Shown here piece after piece: positions 1-9,680 of a DNA stretch of 64,000 bases. The stretch's first letter is position 1. Every line of letters begins with the position of its first letter. Source of the DNA: Bryobacterales bacterium (lineage in GTDB: Bacteria; Acidobacteriota; Terriglobia; Bryobacterales; Bryobacteraceae); NCBI GenBank assembly GCA_020847975.1, contig JADLBD010000221.1:1930-65929 (forward strand), written 5' to 3'. A program made the position numbers and the translations under genes. Under the pieces are notes generated by a model that was not told the origin of the DNA, did not search any database, and saw nothing but the letters and a program-made list of their open reading frames with translations.

Positions 1-655
1 GCGAATGGGCCGCATTGGTGGTAGCGGCGGAGATGGCTTCCTCGACGGTCATCTTCAACTGAAGGCAGGCGAGGGCGATGGCAGCCTGCATACTGCAGCT
101 TCGAATCGAGTCCGCGTCGAAGCCGGTGGCGAGCGCCAGCGGATGACCGGCGTCGATGTGTTCGCGGGCGTGGGCAGGGGTTGCGCCGGCGAGGAGGCTG
201 GCAAACGGCTTGACGAGGGGGATGGATTGAGGGTCATCGGAAGGCTCCAGCCTTACGATATCGACGGAGGCGGCGCGCGCTTTTTCGACAAAATGGCGGT
301 ACTTTCGCACGGCGGTGATGCAGCCGATGGATGTCGTTCCGTGCTCGAGCAGGAGAGATGTCCTGCGCTCGATGCCGAGGAGCGTGGGTGTGTGCCCCAG
401 CAAGTCCATGCGCGGATCATTGAATCCGGGAAGCACGACGCAACCCGAGGCGTCGATCACGCTTGCCTCGCGCGCCTTGGCCAGATTGACTACGCGCCGC
501 GTGGGCCCGGCTTCGACGATCGTTTCGCCAATAATGAGCAGGCTGCCTTCGTCGATGACGCCAAGTTCCTGCATACGGGAACCGCGGCGCGGTTCCGCTG
601 AGTCGCGCAGTGTAAGCAACTGGCGCGCTCCCCTCACCAGAAGGGGCGCCGTCAT
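1..655 (-). CDS. Amidohydrolase-superfamily protein (imidazolonepropionase/dihydroorotase-like). The C-terminus runs off the window start.
   Basis: Not in the ORF track because no stop lies in the window. Manual reverse-complement translation from ATG (complement of 653-655) gives MTAPLLVRGARQLLTLRDS...GSLLIIGETIVEAGP...VIDASGCVVLPGFNDPRMDLLGH...HGTTS, the typical N-terminal beta-sandwich plus start of the TIM barrel of amidohydrolases. The usual H-x-H after PGF(I/V)D is replaced by P-R-M. The + strand ORF 5..601 is its antisense shadow. Confidence 0.5.
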   Translation of the reverse strand, partial: MTAPLLVRGARQLLTLRDSAEPRRGSRMQELGVIDEGSLLIIGETIVEAGPTRRVVNLAKAREASVIDASGCVVLPGFNDPRMDLLGHTPTLLGIERRTSLLLEHGTTSIGCITAVRKYRHFVEKARAASVDIVRLEPSDDPQSIPLVKPFASLLAGATPAHAREHIDAGHPLALATGFDADSIRSCSMQAAIALACLQLKMTVEEAISAATTNAAHS

Positions 656-703
656 GGCCTTACTCTACATGGAAGGGGGCGCGGCGTTCAAGGGAATGGG
701 AAT

Positions 704-1522
704 TCAATTCATTCCCGCCACCCAGCGGCGGAGGGATTTGAGGCGCTTTTCGACGTCTTCTTTGTCGCGAGCATCCGGGGCGAGGCTGAGATATTTCTCC
801 AGATCGCGGACGGCGTCGTGGAAGTTGCGCATCTGGAGGTGGAGATAACCGCGCTGGCGGTATTCGGTGGGTTCGCCGGGAGCGGCGTCGACAAGCAAAT
901 CCTGAACCTCGAGAGCCTTTGCCCATGCGCCCCGGCGCAAGTAGGCGGCCCGTAGATTATTCAACATGCGCAAGGCCATCTGCCGCTTGCTCACCGGGGC
1001 GAGCGCATGCCAGTTCTCCGAGAGATCCATCCCCGTGACCTTGCTGGCCAAGGCAAGGCACTCCTCTCCGCCGAGGACTCTGCCCGCATGGAAGGGGTCG
1101 ATATAGCGCTGTGTTTCGCCGTCGTTGTATTCCACCAGAAAGTGCCCCGGCATCCCGATCCCGGCAATGGGCCGGCCGAGGCGGCGGCTGATCTCGATGT
1201 AGACGAGGGAGAGGGTGATGGGAAGTCCGGTGCGCTCCACCAGCACCTGGTTCAGGCAACTGTTGAGCGGGCTGTAATAATCACCCTCGTTGCCGCGAAA
1301 ACCCAGTTCCTCGAACAGAAAGTGATTGGCTTTCTCGATATATTCCAAGCCGCCGTCTTCCTGGGAGACGCGCTCGGAAAGTTCATTGGCGTAGGAATCG
1401 AGGAGTTCGAGCCAGGGATCCGCTTCGAGGTCGGGGAACTCGATGCCGGCAATGTCGAGCGCGGCGATATCGAGAGCGATATCTTCGTCATGACACACGA
1501 GCAATCGCAGCAGATCCTTCAC
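704..1522 (-). CDS. SirB1-like protein (transglutaminase-like N-terminal domain plus C-terminal TPR)
   Basis: 272-aa ORF. The pattern ...FLFEELGFRGNEGDYYSPLNSCLNQVLVERTGLPITLSLVYIEISRRLGRPIAGIGMPGHFLV... followed by a TPR-like C-terminus (RQRGYLHLQMRNFHDAVRDLEKYL) matches the SirB1/YchA (UPF0162) family as I recall it. Confidence 0.7.
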   Translation of the reverse strand: MKDLLRLLVCHDEDIALDIAALDIAGIEFPDLEADPWLELLDSYANELSERVSQEDGGLEYIEKANHFLFEELGFRGNEGDYYSPLNSCLNQVLVERTGLPITLSLVYIEISRRLGRPIAGIGMPGHFLVEYNDGETQRYIDPFHAGRVLGGEECLALASKVTGMDLSENWHALAPVSKRQMALRMLNNLRAAYLRRGAWAKALEVQDLLVDAAPGEPTEYRQRGYLHLQMRNFHDAVRDLEKYLSLAPDARDKEDVEKRLKSLRRWVAGMN

Positions 1523-1571
1523 TCGCTGGCTAGAATAGCATAACAGCCGGGGCTAACCTCGCGGAAACCGG

Positions 1572-2047
1572 ATGGTGGAGGGAATGGGATACCAGCCGAT
1601 GATTTGCTTGTTGATGCTGATGCTCGCGGCTGCTGAAAGCCCGGTGCGCGAGGAGATTGTCCGGAAGGCGCGGACGCCACACGTCCCCCCATACACCGTG
1701 GGCGCGGCATTGGATGGCGGCGGGGTTCTCACGTGGGGCGAAGGGCTGTGGCGCGTCTCCCTGGCCCGGAGACGGCCGGTACGGCTTTCCACATCACGCT
1801 TCAGCGCGGCAGGCTGCCTCTACGACATCAACGCGGATGGGCAACCAGACTTGCTGCTGAACCGGGCGATGGGGTTCTGGTCTGGCTTCCCGGTCCGGCG
1901 TTCCAGCGGGAGGCTGTGGGCCTCCCACTCCATCACGCTTCGCATGCGGCGCACACGGTGATGGTTTACCAAGGGCGAAGGGGCCGGGATCTGATCGCCG
2001 CCGGGTCCCGCGAGGGAATGGTTTACAGGTACAAGTCGATACAATAG
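1572..2047 (+). pseudogene. Possible frameshifted small secreted FG-GAP/VCBS-repeat protein (two ORFs, 1572..1961 and 1733..2047)
   Basis: ORF 1572..1961 starts with a hydrophobic signal-like segment (MICLLMLMLAAAE) and contains CLYDINADGQPDLLL (FG-GAP-like Ca-binding loop). After about 1860 its translation becomes implausible, whereas the frame of ORF 1733..2047 continues sensibly (PGDGVLVWLPGPAFQREAVG...GRDLIAAGSREGMVYRY). Confidence 0.25.
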
Positions 2048-2051
2048 ACCC

Positions 2052-3596
2052 ATGCCTACCTGGCTTCGATCTCCGGTTGTGCTGCTGGCGGCTTGCATCC
2101 TCTTGCCCCCGCTGGGACTGGTTCTGTTGTGGATGCGCCCGGTCGCTATCTTGAAGAAACTGTTAGGGACGGGAGCCATCGGGGTCATCGTCCTGGCGGA
2201 GTTGGTATTCGTTTTCGGCATGCGGATGGAGCGCAAAGGAGACGGGCTTACCCCTATGCTCTCTTTCGAAGGAAAAGAGAAGCACTTCGAGGAACTCGAG
2301 CGAAACCGGTCGGCGCAGACGGGCCAGGTGAAGGAACCGGCGAATGAGAAGGCTTCCGCCATTGCGTCCCCGGTGGCGGCGAAGCCTGAAGCGCCGGCTT
2401 CCGCGGACGCGTCTCCTGCCACTATGGTGACCGCGGTTCCGGCGGTGTGGACCAGTTTCCGGGGTCCGGACCTGGACGGCGTCTACCGCCAAGGCGAAAT
2501 CCTCACCAAATGGCCGGAAAAGGGATTGCCATTGGTGTGGAAACAGCCCATCGGACTCGGCTATTCGTCGTTTGTGGCGGGCGAGGGGCGTGCCTACACC
2601 ATTGAGCAGCGCCGCGACAAGGAGGTGGTGGCCGCGTATGACCTCCAGACCGGAAAAGAGCTTTGGACCCATGCCTATGCCGCTTTTTTTCAGGAATCGA
2701 TGGGTGGCGACGGTCCGCGCGCCACGCCTACCTATCACGGAGGGTACGTGTTCTCGCTGGGCGCTACGGGGCAGCTTTGTGTTCTGAACGCCAAGACCGG
2801 CGAGGTACGCTGGGCCAGGAATATCCTCGATGAGAACCAGGCGAGCAATCTTCCCTGGGGGATGTCCGCTTCTCCGTTGATTGTCGATGACAAGGTGGTG
2901 GTGCAGCCTGGCGGCAATCACGGGAATTCCGTCGCGGCGTACAACAAACACACGGGGGAAGCGATCTGGAAGTCACTCGATGACACGCAGGCGTATACTT
3001 CGCCGATGCTGGTGACACTTGCCGGAAGGCGGCAAATCCTTACAGTCACCAAGACGCGGGTAGTGGGTCTCGACCCGGAATCGGGGCGCCTGCTGTGGGA
3101 CTATCCCTGGGAAACAGAGTACGGGGTGAACAGCGCCCAGCCGATCGTTGTGGACCCGCACCGTTTCCTGATCTCGGCGGGTTACGGGCACGGGACGGCA
3201 CTGGTGGAGGTGACGGATTCCGGGGATTCGCTTCGAGCGAAAAAAGTGTGGGAGAGCAAGCGGATGAAGAACCGGTTCAACAGCTCAGTGGTTTACAAAG
3301 GGTACATGTACGGGCTGGACGAGGGGATTCTCTCCTGTCTCCGGGTGAGCGATGGGGCGCAGATGTGGAAGGGAGGCAGGTACGGTTACGGACAGTTGTT
3401 GCTGGCCAGCGGGCATCTGGTAGTTCTCAGCGAAGAAGGGGATCTGGTGCTGGTTGAGGCGAACCCCGAAAAGCTGGTTGAGGTGGCGAAGTTTCCGGCC
3501 ATCGAGGGGAAGACATGGAATGTGCCTGCGATCGAGAACGGGCTGTTGCTGGTGAGGAACGGCAACCAGATGGCATGCTTTCGCATTGGGGCGTGA
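2052..3596 (+). CDS. PQQ-like (BamB-type) beta-propeller repeat protein with N-terminal membrane anchor
   Basis: 514 aa. Two N-terminal hydrophobic helices and a low-complexity linker, then WTSFRGPDLDGVY...PLVWKQPIGLGYSSFVAGEGRAYT...LWTH and repeated ...G.l.alda.tG...W motifs typical of PQQ-binding-like beta-propellers. Confidence 0.8.
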   Translation: MPTWLRSPVVLLAACILLPPLGLVLLWMRPVAILKKLLGTGAIGVIVLAELVFVFGMRMERKGDGLTPMLSFEGKEKHFEELERNRSAQTGQVKEPANEKASAIASPVAAKPEAPASADASPATMVTAVPAVWTSFRGPDLDGVYRQGEILTKWPEKGLPLVWKQPIGLGYSSFVAGEGRAYTIEQRRDKEVVAAYDLQTGKELWTHAYAAFFQESMGGDGPRATPTYHGGYVFSLGATGQLCVLNAKTGEVRWARNILDENQASNLPWGMSASPLIVDDKVVVQPGGNHGNSVAAYNKHTGEAIWKSLDDTQAYTSPMLVTLAGRRQILTVTKTRVVGLDPESGRLLWDYPWETEYGVNSAQPIVVDPHRFLISAGYGHGTALVEVTDSGDSLRAKKVWESKRMKNRFNSSVVYKGYMYGLDEGILSCLRVSDGAQMWKGGRYGYGQLLLASGHLVVLSEEGDLVLVEANPEKLVEVAKFPAIEGKTWNVPAIENGLLLVRNGNQMACFRIGA

Positions 3597-3630
3597 GCGA
3601 CAGGGGACTAGGCGCGGGCCAGGCGATGGG

Positions 3631-4392
3631 CTAGGCGCGGAGTTGGGGAGCGGGAAGATGTTCGGGATCCTCACTGGAATGGTCCGACTCTGAGCGCTGT
3701 AACTGCTCGCTGTCGACGCCGGGAACCCTATCTTTCCCGATCTGAGGGGTGTTCGCCGCCGGTACTGTACTGGGGCATAATGCCCGCCAAATGATGTAGA
3801 GCCGGAGCAGGTAAGTGAGTACCAGGATTACGTTGCCGCCGGTAATGAGACTACGTGACATCTGCCGCAAGGAGTGGCCGATGGCATCTCCGGCGAGTTG
3901 GATACCCAGACCCGCCGTCACCAGCAACCGCTGACGCTCCATGCGCCGGATGAGCAAGGTCCACAGGGTCAGATTGACGAACATGGACCCGAAGCTGAAG
4001 TTGCGCGCCATCTGGGTCATCCATCGATTGAAGGCAGGATCGTAGGCTTGCCAGGTGGCCAATCCCATGAAGAGGATGGCCCCAACAATGAGATAGGACA
4101 GACGTCCCGTGCGTTTTTCTTCGCCGATCGACTGGTAAAGCATGTGGACTTGCGAAAGGAACAACGCCGAAAATGTGATGCCCTCGCCGGCCCAATAAAA
4201 GATCATGGTGTCCCGCGTATAGTGGTGGAAGTCCATGATGGCGGCGAGATTGACGATGGTGCTGAGGAATTCCGAAACCAGCAGCAGGAGAAGGAAGGGA
4301 TACCGCTTATAGGCGCCACGAACCAGTGCGGTGATAATCAAGACCTGGAACAACAGGCTGAGCGGTACGGAAATCCAGTAGATTCTCTCCAT
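3631..4392 (-). CDS. Multi-pass integral membrane protein, function unknown
   Basis: 253-aa ORF with about 7 hydrophobic segments (e.g. YWISVPLSLLFQVLIITALV, FLLLLLVSEFLSTIVNLAAI, LIVGAILFMGLATW). I recognise no family motif. Confidence 0.55.
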   Translation of the reverse strand: MERIYWISVPLSLLFQVLIITALVRGAYKRYPFLLLLLVSEFLSTIVNLAAIMDFHHYTRDTMIFYWAGEGITFSALFLSQVHMLYQSIGEEKRTGRLSYLIVGAILFMGLATWQAYDPAFNRWMTQMARNFSFGSMFVNLTLWTLLIRRMERQRLLVTAGLGIQLAGDAIGHSLRQMSRSLITGGNVILVLTYLLRLYIIWRALCPSTVPAANTPQIGKDRVPGVDSEQLQRSESDHSSEDPEHLPAPQLRA

Positions 4393-4467
4393 TTATCCAC
4401 GGGGCGCCTTGCGTCACCCAATTTCATTATCGGCACGGCAGGCGGGGATTACGATGAGGGAAATTGA

Positions 4468-6372
4468 TTAGTTCCTGGACGAATCTAGTACTGCACGCAC
4501 TGTCGAGGTCAAGGAGTTGAGGGTAAAGGGCTTCTGGAGAAAACCCGCATCAGGGGGTTGCAGGCCAGATGCAAGTGAGGGGTCATCCGTGAACCCGGAC
4601 ATATAGAGGACTTTCATTTCAGGCTGTATCTCGCGGAGGCGGGCAACCAACTGTGGACCGCGCAGCTGAGGCAGTGCAATTTCCGTTACTATGATGTGGA
4701 TCCGCCGGGCGGGTTCCGCGGCAATCCGTAGAGCCTCCTCGGGGGTTGCCGTAGTGATCACCTCGTAGCCTTGGCGGCCGAGGACGCGCGAGATGAGCGA
4801 GAGGATACTCTCTTCGCTGTCCACCACGAGGACGGTTTCCAACTTCGCCACCGGGGGCGGTTCTTCCGTGCGGCGGAACGTGGGCTCGGGAACCGGTTCG
4901 ACTGCGGGTTCGGGAGCGGGAGCAAGGGGGAACCGAAGGACAAAATCGGCCGCTTGCCCGGTGCGGCGCTCGAGGCGAACCTGGATGCCCATGGCGCGCA
5001 GTTGCGAGTCCACGGGAGCAAGCCCGATGCCCGTAGCTTTCTCGACATCGCTGAAATAGGGCTCACACCAGTGTTCCATCCTCTTGTCGGAGACGCCTTG
5101 TAGCGGCCCGATGCGCAGGGTAACGAACTGCCCCTTCCAGTCTCCGTACCCAAAATCCGAGATGCGGGTTTCCCGGCCTGTCTCCACCTCCAGGCGCCAA
5201 CCCTCAGGCTGCCCTTCAGCCGCGCTCTCGATCAAATCGCGCACGGCGCGCTCGAGTCTGACCGGATCGGCGGAAACGGGAACGGGCAGGGAAGTGAGTT
5301 GGAAAGAGGCCCTCGGAACAATGCGGCGCATCAACTGGTTGAGGTCCACGACAGCCATTGTGCCGGCAGAGGGGCGGCCGAACTGGAGAAGTTGCTGTGT
5401 TGCCCCCACTCCGCGGTCGACGGCCTTGCGGATTTCGTCCATGGCGGACAGCGCTTCCGAATCCGACTCGGGAATACGATCCGCCAGCATTTCCGTGTAG
5501 CCTGTGAGGATCATCCAGAGGTTGTTGAATTCGTGGGCGACATGGCGGGAGAGGCGCATGGCGGCGTCCACTTCGCGCTCCTGAACATGCTGGACGTGCT
5601 GGATGCGCCGCTCTGTTTCCCCGGTAGTTACGATGCGCAGGGAGCGAACGCGCCCGCCGGAGCTTTGCGGCTGGATACGATCGGCGAGCCAGATGATTGC
5701 GCCGCCGGCGCGGATCGCGCGGTACTCGACCGCGGCTTCCGCTCCCGATTCGAGGGCCGCCTCATAGACCCAGGCCACTCGCGCATGATCTTCCGGATGC
5801 ACGCGGTTGATCCAGGCGGCAACTCCTTCCCGGCCAAGCAGCCGCGCCGCGCCGCGATTGGCGAACTGGAGGTCTCCGGACTCGATATCGATCAGCCAGA
5901 CGGCGACTCGCAATTCCTCGAGCAGCCGCGCCGCGGGAGGCGCTGCATGGATTGGCTCTTCGACGACCACCAGGACTTCCCCCTCCAGATCGGCCTCGAG
6001 GCCGGGCAGAGGGATCACGGACAGGCGGTAAGGCCGCCCCACTCCGGCTGCATCGAGCGCGGTGAACTCGATGCCGGAGTCCGGAAGGTTGGTCTCGAAG
6101 GCGTGCTCGACATGGGACTTCACCACCGCGGCTGGAATAAATTCGTCGAGGCGGCGCCGGCCGGCCTCCTCATGCTTCAACTGAAAGCTGCGGCGGAAGG
6201 CGCGATTGACCGAGGTGAGACGAAGCTGCCGCGACACGACGGCCAGAGGAACGGGAACCAGCGCCAGGATTTCCTGGTAGTAGCGAGTCTCGTTCTCGAC
6301 GAGGGTCAGAATCCTGGCGACTTCCTTGGCGGTCCAGATGTCGAACTCGGCGCGATCCAAACAGTGCTCCAA
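4468..6372 (-). CDS. Hybrid sensor histidine kinase (PAS - HisKA - HATPase-like - receiver)
   Basis: 634 aa. PAS-like regions, H-box RHVAHEFNNLWMILTGYTEML, and a G2-like ATGIGLA. The C-terminal receiver reads VLVVDSEESILSLISRVLGRQGYEVITTATPEEAL...IIVTEIALPQLRG...KVLYMSGF...FLQKPF. The N and G1 boxes look degenerate. Confidence 0.85.
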   Translation of the reverse strand: MEHCLDRAEFDIWTAKEVARILTLVENETRYYQEILALVPVPLAVVSRQLRLTSVNRAFRRSFQLKHEEAGRRRLDEFIPAAVVKSHVEHAFETNLPDSGIEFTALDAAGVGRPYRLSVIPLPGLEADLEGEVLVVVEEPIHAAPPAARLLEELRVAVWLIDIESGDLQFANRGAARLLGREGVAAWINRVHPEDHARVAWVYEAALESGAEAAVEYRAIRAGGAIIWLADRIQPQSSGGRVRSLRIVTTGETERRIQHVQHVQEREVDAAMRLSRHVAHEFNNLWMILTGYTEMLADRIPESDSEALSAMDEIRKAVDRGVGATQQLLQFGRPSAGTMAVVDLNQLMRRIVPRASFQLTSLPVPVSADPVRLERAVRDLIESAAEGQPEGWRLEVETGRETRISDFGYGDWKGQFVTLRIGPLQGVSDKRMEHWCEPYFSDVEKATGIGLAPVDSQLRAMGIQVRLERRTGQAADFVLRFPLAPAPEPAVEPVPEPTFRRTEEPPPVAKLETVLVVDSEESILSLISRVLGRQGYEVITTATPEEALRIAAEPARRIHIIVTEIALPQLRGPQLVARLREIQPEMKVLYMSGFTDDPSLASGLQPPDAGFLQKPFTLNSLTSTVRAVLDSSRN

Positions 6373-6612
6373 TCAGAGGAACGGGAATATCCCATCCAAG
6401 TGGCCAGTTTGGGCCCACAACCAGAAGCAAACAAGAGAACAGAGTCCTGGAACGTTGTAGTACTACTCAGTTGACATTCGAGGGTGCAAGGAGACATCTG
6501 GCGGGGGATGGTACCATGCGGGGCAACGGGATCTCCCGGATCAGACCTCGTTCGAAAGTGCGGATCAGGTTCTGGATGGGCTCATGAGCTGAGGAACTGC
6601 AACCTTAGCGCC

Positions 6613-7989
6613 TTAGCCAAGTTTCAAAACGGTGGGCAGGTGATCGATCAAGCGGCGCAATTCGGCCTCTTCCCGCGCACCAAACTCGCCATCCTCGAGG
6701 TAGGCGGCGACGAGACGGCCGCTCTCGGCTATCTCCTCGATGGCCAGGGTTCCCGCGGCGCTCCTGATGCGCAGCGAGGCGGGAGCCCCCATCCGGCGAA
6801 GCGAGGCGCATTGCCGGGCCTGGTCAAAGAGGCCGCGCAAGAGAGCCGCGTCAAACCCGGGGCGCTCGCTTTCCGGCGTGCAGGTTTCCACCTCCGGCCG
6901 GCCGGCGGCAATCACCGCAACAGCGGCGAATACGGACTCGGTAACCAGGATGAAGCCAGTTTCCTTCGCTTCCGGAACTTGGGGAACGGAAAACTCCTCC
7001 TCGCCGTCGAATCCGAACATCATTTCGACCGGTTCCTCGAAGAAGTCTCCGCTTGCGGAGGCCGAAGTGTCCCTCGCGGAAAATGTTTCCGGCAACTCCA
7101 CCGTTGCCATGAATTCGGGCATCATGAGGGGCTCTTCGATATCGCCCATCCGGCCGGCATCAACGGGGCCTGAGAATCCGTCCACGTAGGAAGCGAGGCT
7201 GGGGAAATCGAGTGGTTCTTCGATGGCCGCTTCCATCATGGAGGGGGAAGGCGCTGCCGCCGGAGCGCTCTGATACTGAAGTGAATTTCCGCCTGCAAGC
7301 TCGCTCAGACTCTCGAGGGAATGGTCCATGTTCTTGCTGAGGAAGGCCGGCAGTTCCCGGCATTCGAAGCGGCAATCGTTCCAGGACAGGATTTTGGCGG
7401 CTGCTTTCGGGCCGGAGAGGCGCTCGACTTCGCAGTAGACAATCCGGCCCGCGCGGATGCAGAGGTCGCCGGATTCCTCCTTGTCATTAGTGACGCGGAG
7501 CCACACTTCGTCTGGAAATCCCGCCGCCGATTCGAGCACTTCGTACGCGCTGACTGCCCTCGGAACGGAGTCATCCTCAAACTGCCCGGCTGCGGCCAGA
7601 ACGAGATTCTTGAGCAGAGTGGGGTCCGTGCGCGCGCCCGCGGTACGGATCCGGCTGTGGGGGGAGGGCGCCGCGGCAGGTTTCCCGGTAAGGATGAGGA
7701 AGAGGGGCGGTTTCTGCTTGGCAAGGGCCTCGATCATGAACTCGACGCTGCCAGGCTCGCTCGGATGGCCCTCCAGGACGACAACCGCTATGCTGCCCCG
7801 GCGCACCAGGCGGAGGCTATCGCTGATGGAATCCATGCACACAACCTCGCATGGCGGGTTGCCGCGACGCAGGGACGAGAGCGGTTCAAGGTAGTCCGCC
7901 GAAGGGGGGGCGACGATGAGCACATTCGATCGGTCACTGGCGGGACGCCAGGTGTGAAGGGGGTCGGACGGTGTGCCAGGCGGGTGCAT
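6613..7989 (-). CDS. DUF4388 (PATAN-type) domain protein with N-terminal receiver-like domain
   Basis: 458 aa. An N-terminal CheY-like alpha/beta pattern (VLIVAPPSADY...AVVVLEG...LFLILTGKP) is followed by ...WLRVTNDKEESGDLCIRAGRIVYCEVERLSGPKAAAKILSWNDCRFECRE, the G.i.f..G.iv.A...G.eA...il.w..g.F.f signature of DUF4388. It is divergent from the chemosensory operon. Confidence 0.6.
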   Translation of the reverse strand: MHPPGTPSDPLHTWRPASDRSNVLIVAPPSADYLEPLSSLRRGNPPCEVVCMDSISDSLRLVRRGSIAVVVLEGHPSEPGSVEFMIEALAKQKPPLFLILTGKPAAAPSPHSRIRTAGARTDPTLLKNLVLAAAGQFEDDSVPRAVSAYEVLESAAGFPDEVWLRVTNDKEESGDLCIRAGRIVYCEVERLSGPKAAAKILSWNDCRFECRELPAFLSKNMDHSLESLSELAGGNSLQYQSAPAAAPSPSMMEAAIEEPLDFPSLASYVDGFSGPVDAGRMGDIEEPLMMPEFMATVELPETFSARDTSASASGDFFEEPVEMMFGFDGEEEFSVPQVPEAKETGFILVTESVFAAVAVIAAGRPEVETCTPESERPGFDAALLRGLFDQARQCASLRRMGAPASLRIRSAAGTLAIEEIAESGRLVAAYLEDGEFGAREEAELRRLIDHLPTVLKLG

Positions 7990-8219
7990 GGGTCGTATGC
8001 GGAAACAGCCGCTCCCTAATATACGGATCTTTTGAGCAGGTCCGTTATACCTGATGTGAACTTAGAAGCGCAAAGGGCACGTCCCGCGCCCCCAAAGTAC
8101 GAGGAACACCGCGATGATTCGCGGCGCGGGCGGGCTCCGTTTTGCGCGTGTTCCTTAGAAGAATTACCCGAGGTAGGGGTCCCCCGTAGGAGGGGAAGCG
8201 GCGTTAAGGTATTTTACCT

Positions 8220-9659
8220 ATGCAAGAGGGCAGTGAAGACGCCGTTATTAGGAATGTAAGCGATCAGACCGCAAAATCTGCTCGTCGCGGATTCTCATTA
8301 AGGGAAGTTATGCCCCAAACCCAGGATGCTCTACTGTTGCGCGAAGCAGTAACGGCCGCAAAAGGCGGCAACAAAGCAGCCGCCCGGCAGTTGCTTCGTC
8401 AGGCCAGCGTTCACAATCCCAACAACGAATTGGTGTGGCTGTGGCGCGCCTCCCTTTCCGAGTCGCCGAAAGAGGCAATTTTTTATCTCGGGGAAGTGTT
8501 ACGGATCAACCCTCAAAATCAGAAGGCGGCGGCATGGCTGGAGAAATGCAAAGGGGTGACGGGGGCAGCCGCCCAGACGCCGGAAGGTCCTAAGCCTGTG
8601 GGGCAGAACTTATCCCAGCCGCCGGCGCCGGGATCCAATCATTCGGCAAGTGCGCCACCGGCAGCGCCGCGCCAGGCCGTTCCTGGCCCCGGCGCGTATG
8701 CGGCTGCGCAGGTGCACACACCGCAGACGTACACACCGCAGACGTCGCACACACATGGTGTGCTGAAGACAGCGGAGGGCGTGGGTACTAGCACTATCCG
8801 GCCAACAGAACCGGCGTCCGTTGGAAGCATGGCCACGGGGCGCTCGGCGGAGCCCGTGGTGATCCCCAAACCCGCGGATACGGCGACGCGGCCGCGCCCG
8901 GCCGTGATCCCCTTCGCCACGGCAAGCAAAGGCTCTCCCGCGCTGGCCCTCGAACCGGAGCCGCACTCGCGCTGGCGCTGTCCGTTCTGCCAGGCGCCTT
9001 CGGATTCCGCCTTGCGGCGCTGTCCCAACTGCCGCGCCGTGACGGTTCTGGAAGATCTCAAAGAAATCGAAAAGAACGAGGGGGTGCATGAGAAACTGGT
9101 ACGCGACTCGCTCGCGCGGTATGAAGCCACACCGGCGGACAAACGCAGCTTCGAGCAGAATGTGAGCCTCGCGCTGGGACATCTGAACCTGCGGGAGGCG
9201 ACTGCCGCCCTGCCCCACCTGAAGGCCGCCTCCGCGCAAAAGCGCAATGATTGGGCGCTCAACGGAGTTCTCGATCAGATCCAGTGGCGGAAGGTGATCC
9301 TGGTGGTGGACGACAGCCTCACCATCCGCAAGGCCCTGTCGAGCATTCTCGAAAAGAACGACTATCGCGTAGTGACTGCCGAGGACGGCTCGCACGCGCT
9401 GGCCAAGTTGAATGAAGCGGTGCCCGATCTTGTGCTCCTCGACATCACCATGCCCTGGATGGACGGCTACGAGGTCTGCAAAGCGATCAAGCAGAAAGCG
9501 CTGACGCGAAAAGTGCCGGTGATCATGCTCTCGGGCAAGGACGGGCTTTTCGACAAGGTTCGCGGAAAGCTGGCCGGTTGCAATGATTACGTGACCAAGC
9601 CGTTTGATCCCGATGCCTTGCTGAAGACCATCAAGAAGTATCTTTCCGGAGGCGCGTAG
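8220..9659 (+). CDS. Response regulator: N-terminal TPR-like region, Pro/Ala-rich linker, CxxC...CxxC zinc-ribbon, C-terminal receiver (PilG-position gene of a Chp/Frz-like operon)
   Basis: 479 aa. Zinc-ribbon WRCPFCQAPSDSALRRCPNCRAV. Receiver KVILVVDDSLTIRKALSSILEKNDYRVVTAEDGSHAL...DLVLLDITMPWMDGYEVC...VPVIMLSGKDG...DYVTKPF. The start codon is uncertain; an internal Met (MPQTQD) is possible. Confidence 0.8.
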   Translation: MQEGSEDAVIRNVSDQTAKSARRGFSLREVMPQTQDALLLREAVTAAKGGNKAAARQLLRQASVHNPNNELVWLWRASLSESPKEAIFYLGEVLRINPQNQKAAAWLEKCKGVTGAAAQTPEGPKPVGQNLSQPPAPGSNHSASAPPAAPRQAVPGPGAYAAAQVHTPQTYTPQTSHTHGVLKTAEGVGTSTIRPTEPASVGSMATGRSAEPVVIPKPADTATRPRPAVIPFATASKGSPALALEPEPHSRWRCPFCQAPSDSALRRCPNCRAVTVLEDLKEIEKNEGVHEKLVRDSLARYEATPADKRSFEQNVSLALGHLNLREATAALPHLKAASAQKRNDWALNGVLDQIQWRKVILVVDDSLTIRKALSSILEKNDYRVVTAEDGSHALAKLNEAVPDLVLLDITMPWMDGYEVCKAIKQKALTRKVPVIMLSGKDGLFDKVRGKLAGCNDYVTKPFDPDALLKTIKKYLSGGA

Positions 9660-9680
9660 GAAGCGAGGAGAAAGAAACCG

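Noticed and set aside
5-601. 198-aa + strand ORF at the window start
   Set aside because: It is antisense to the amidohydrolase-like gene, whose reverse-strand translation shows clear family motifs. The + strand product is Gly/Asp/Arg-rich noise.
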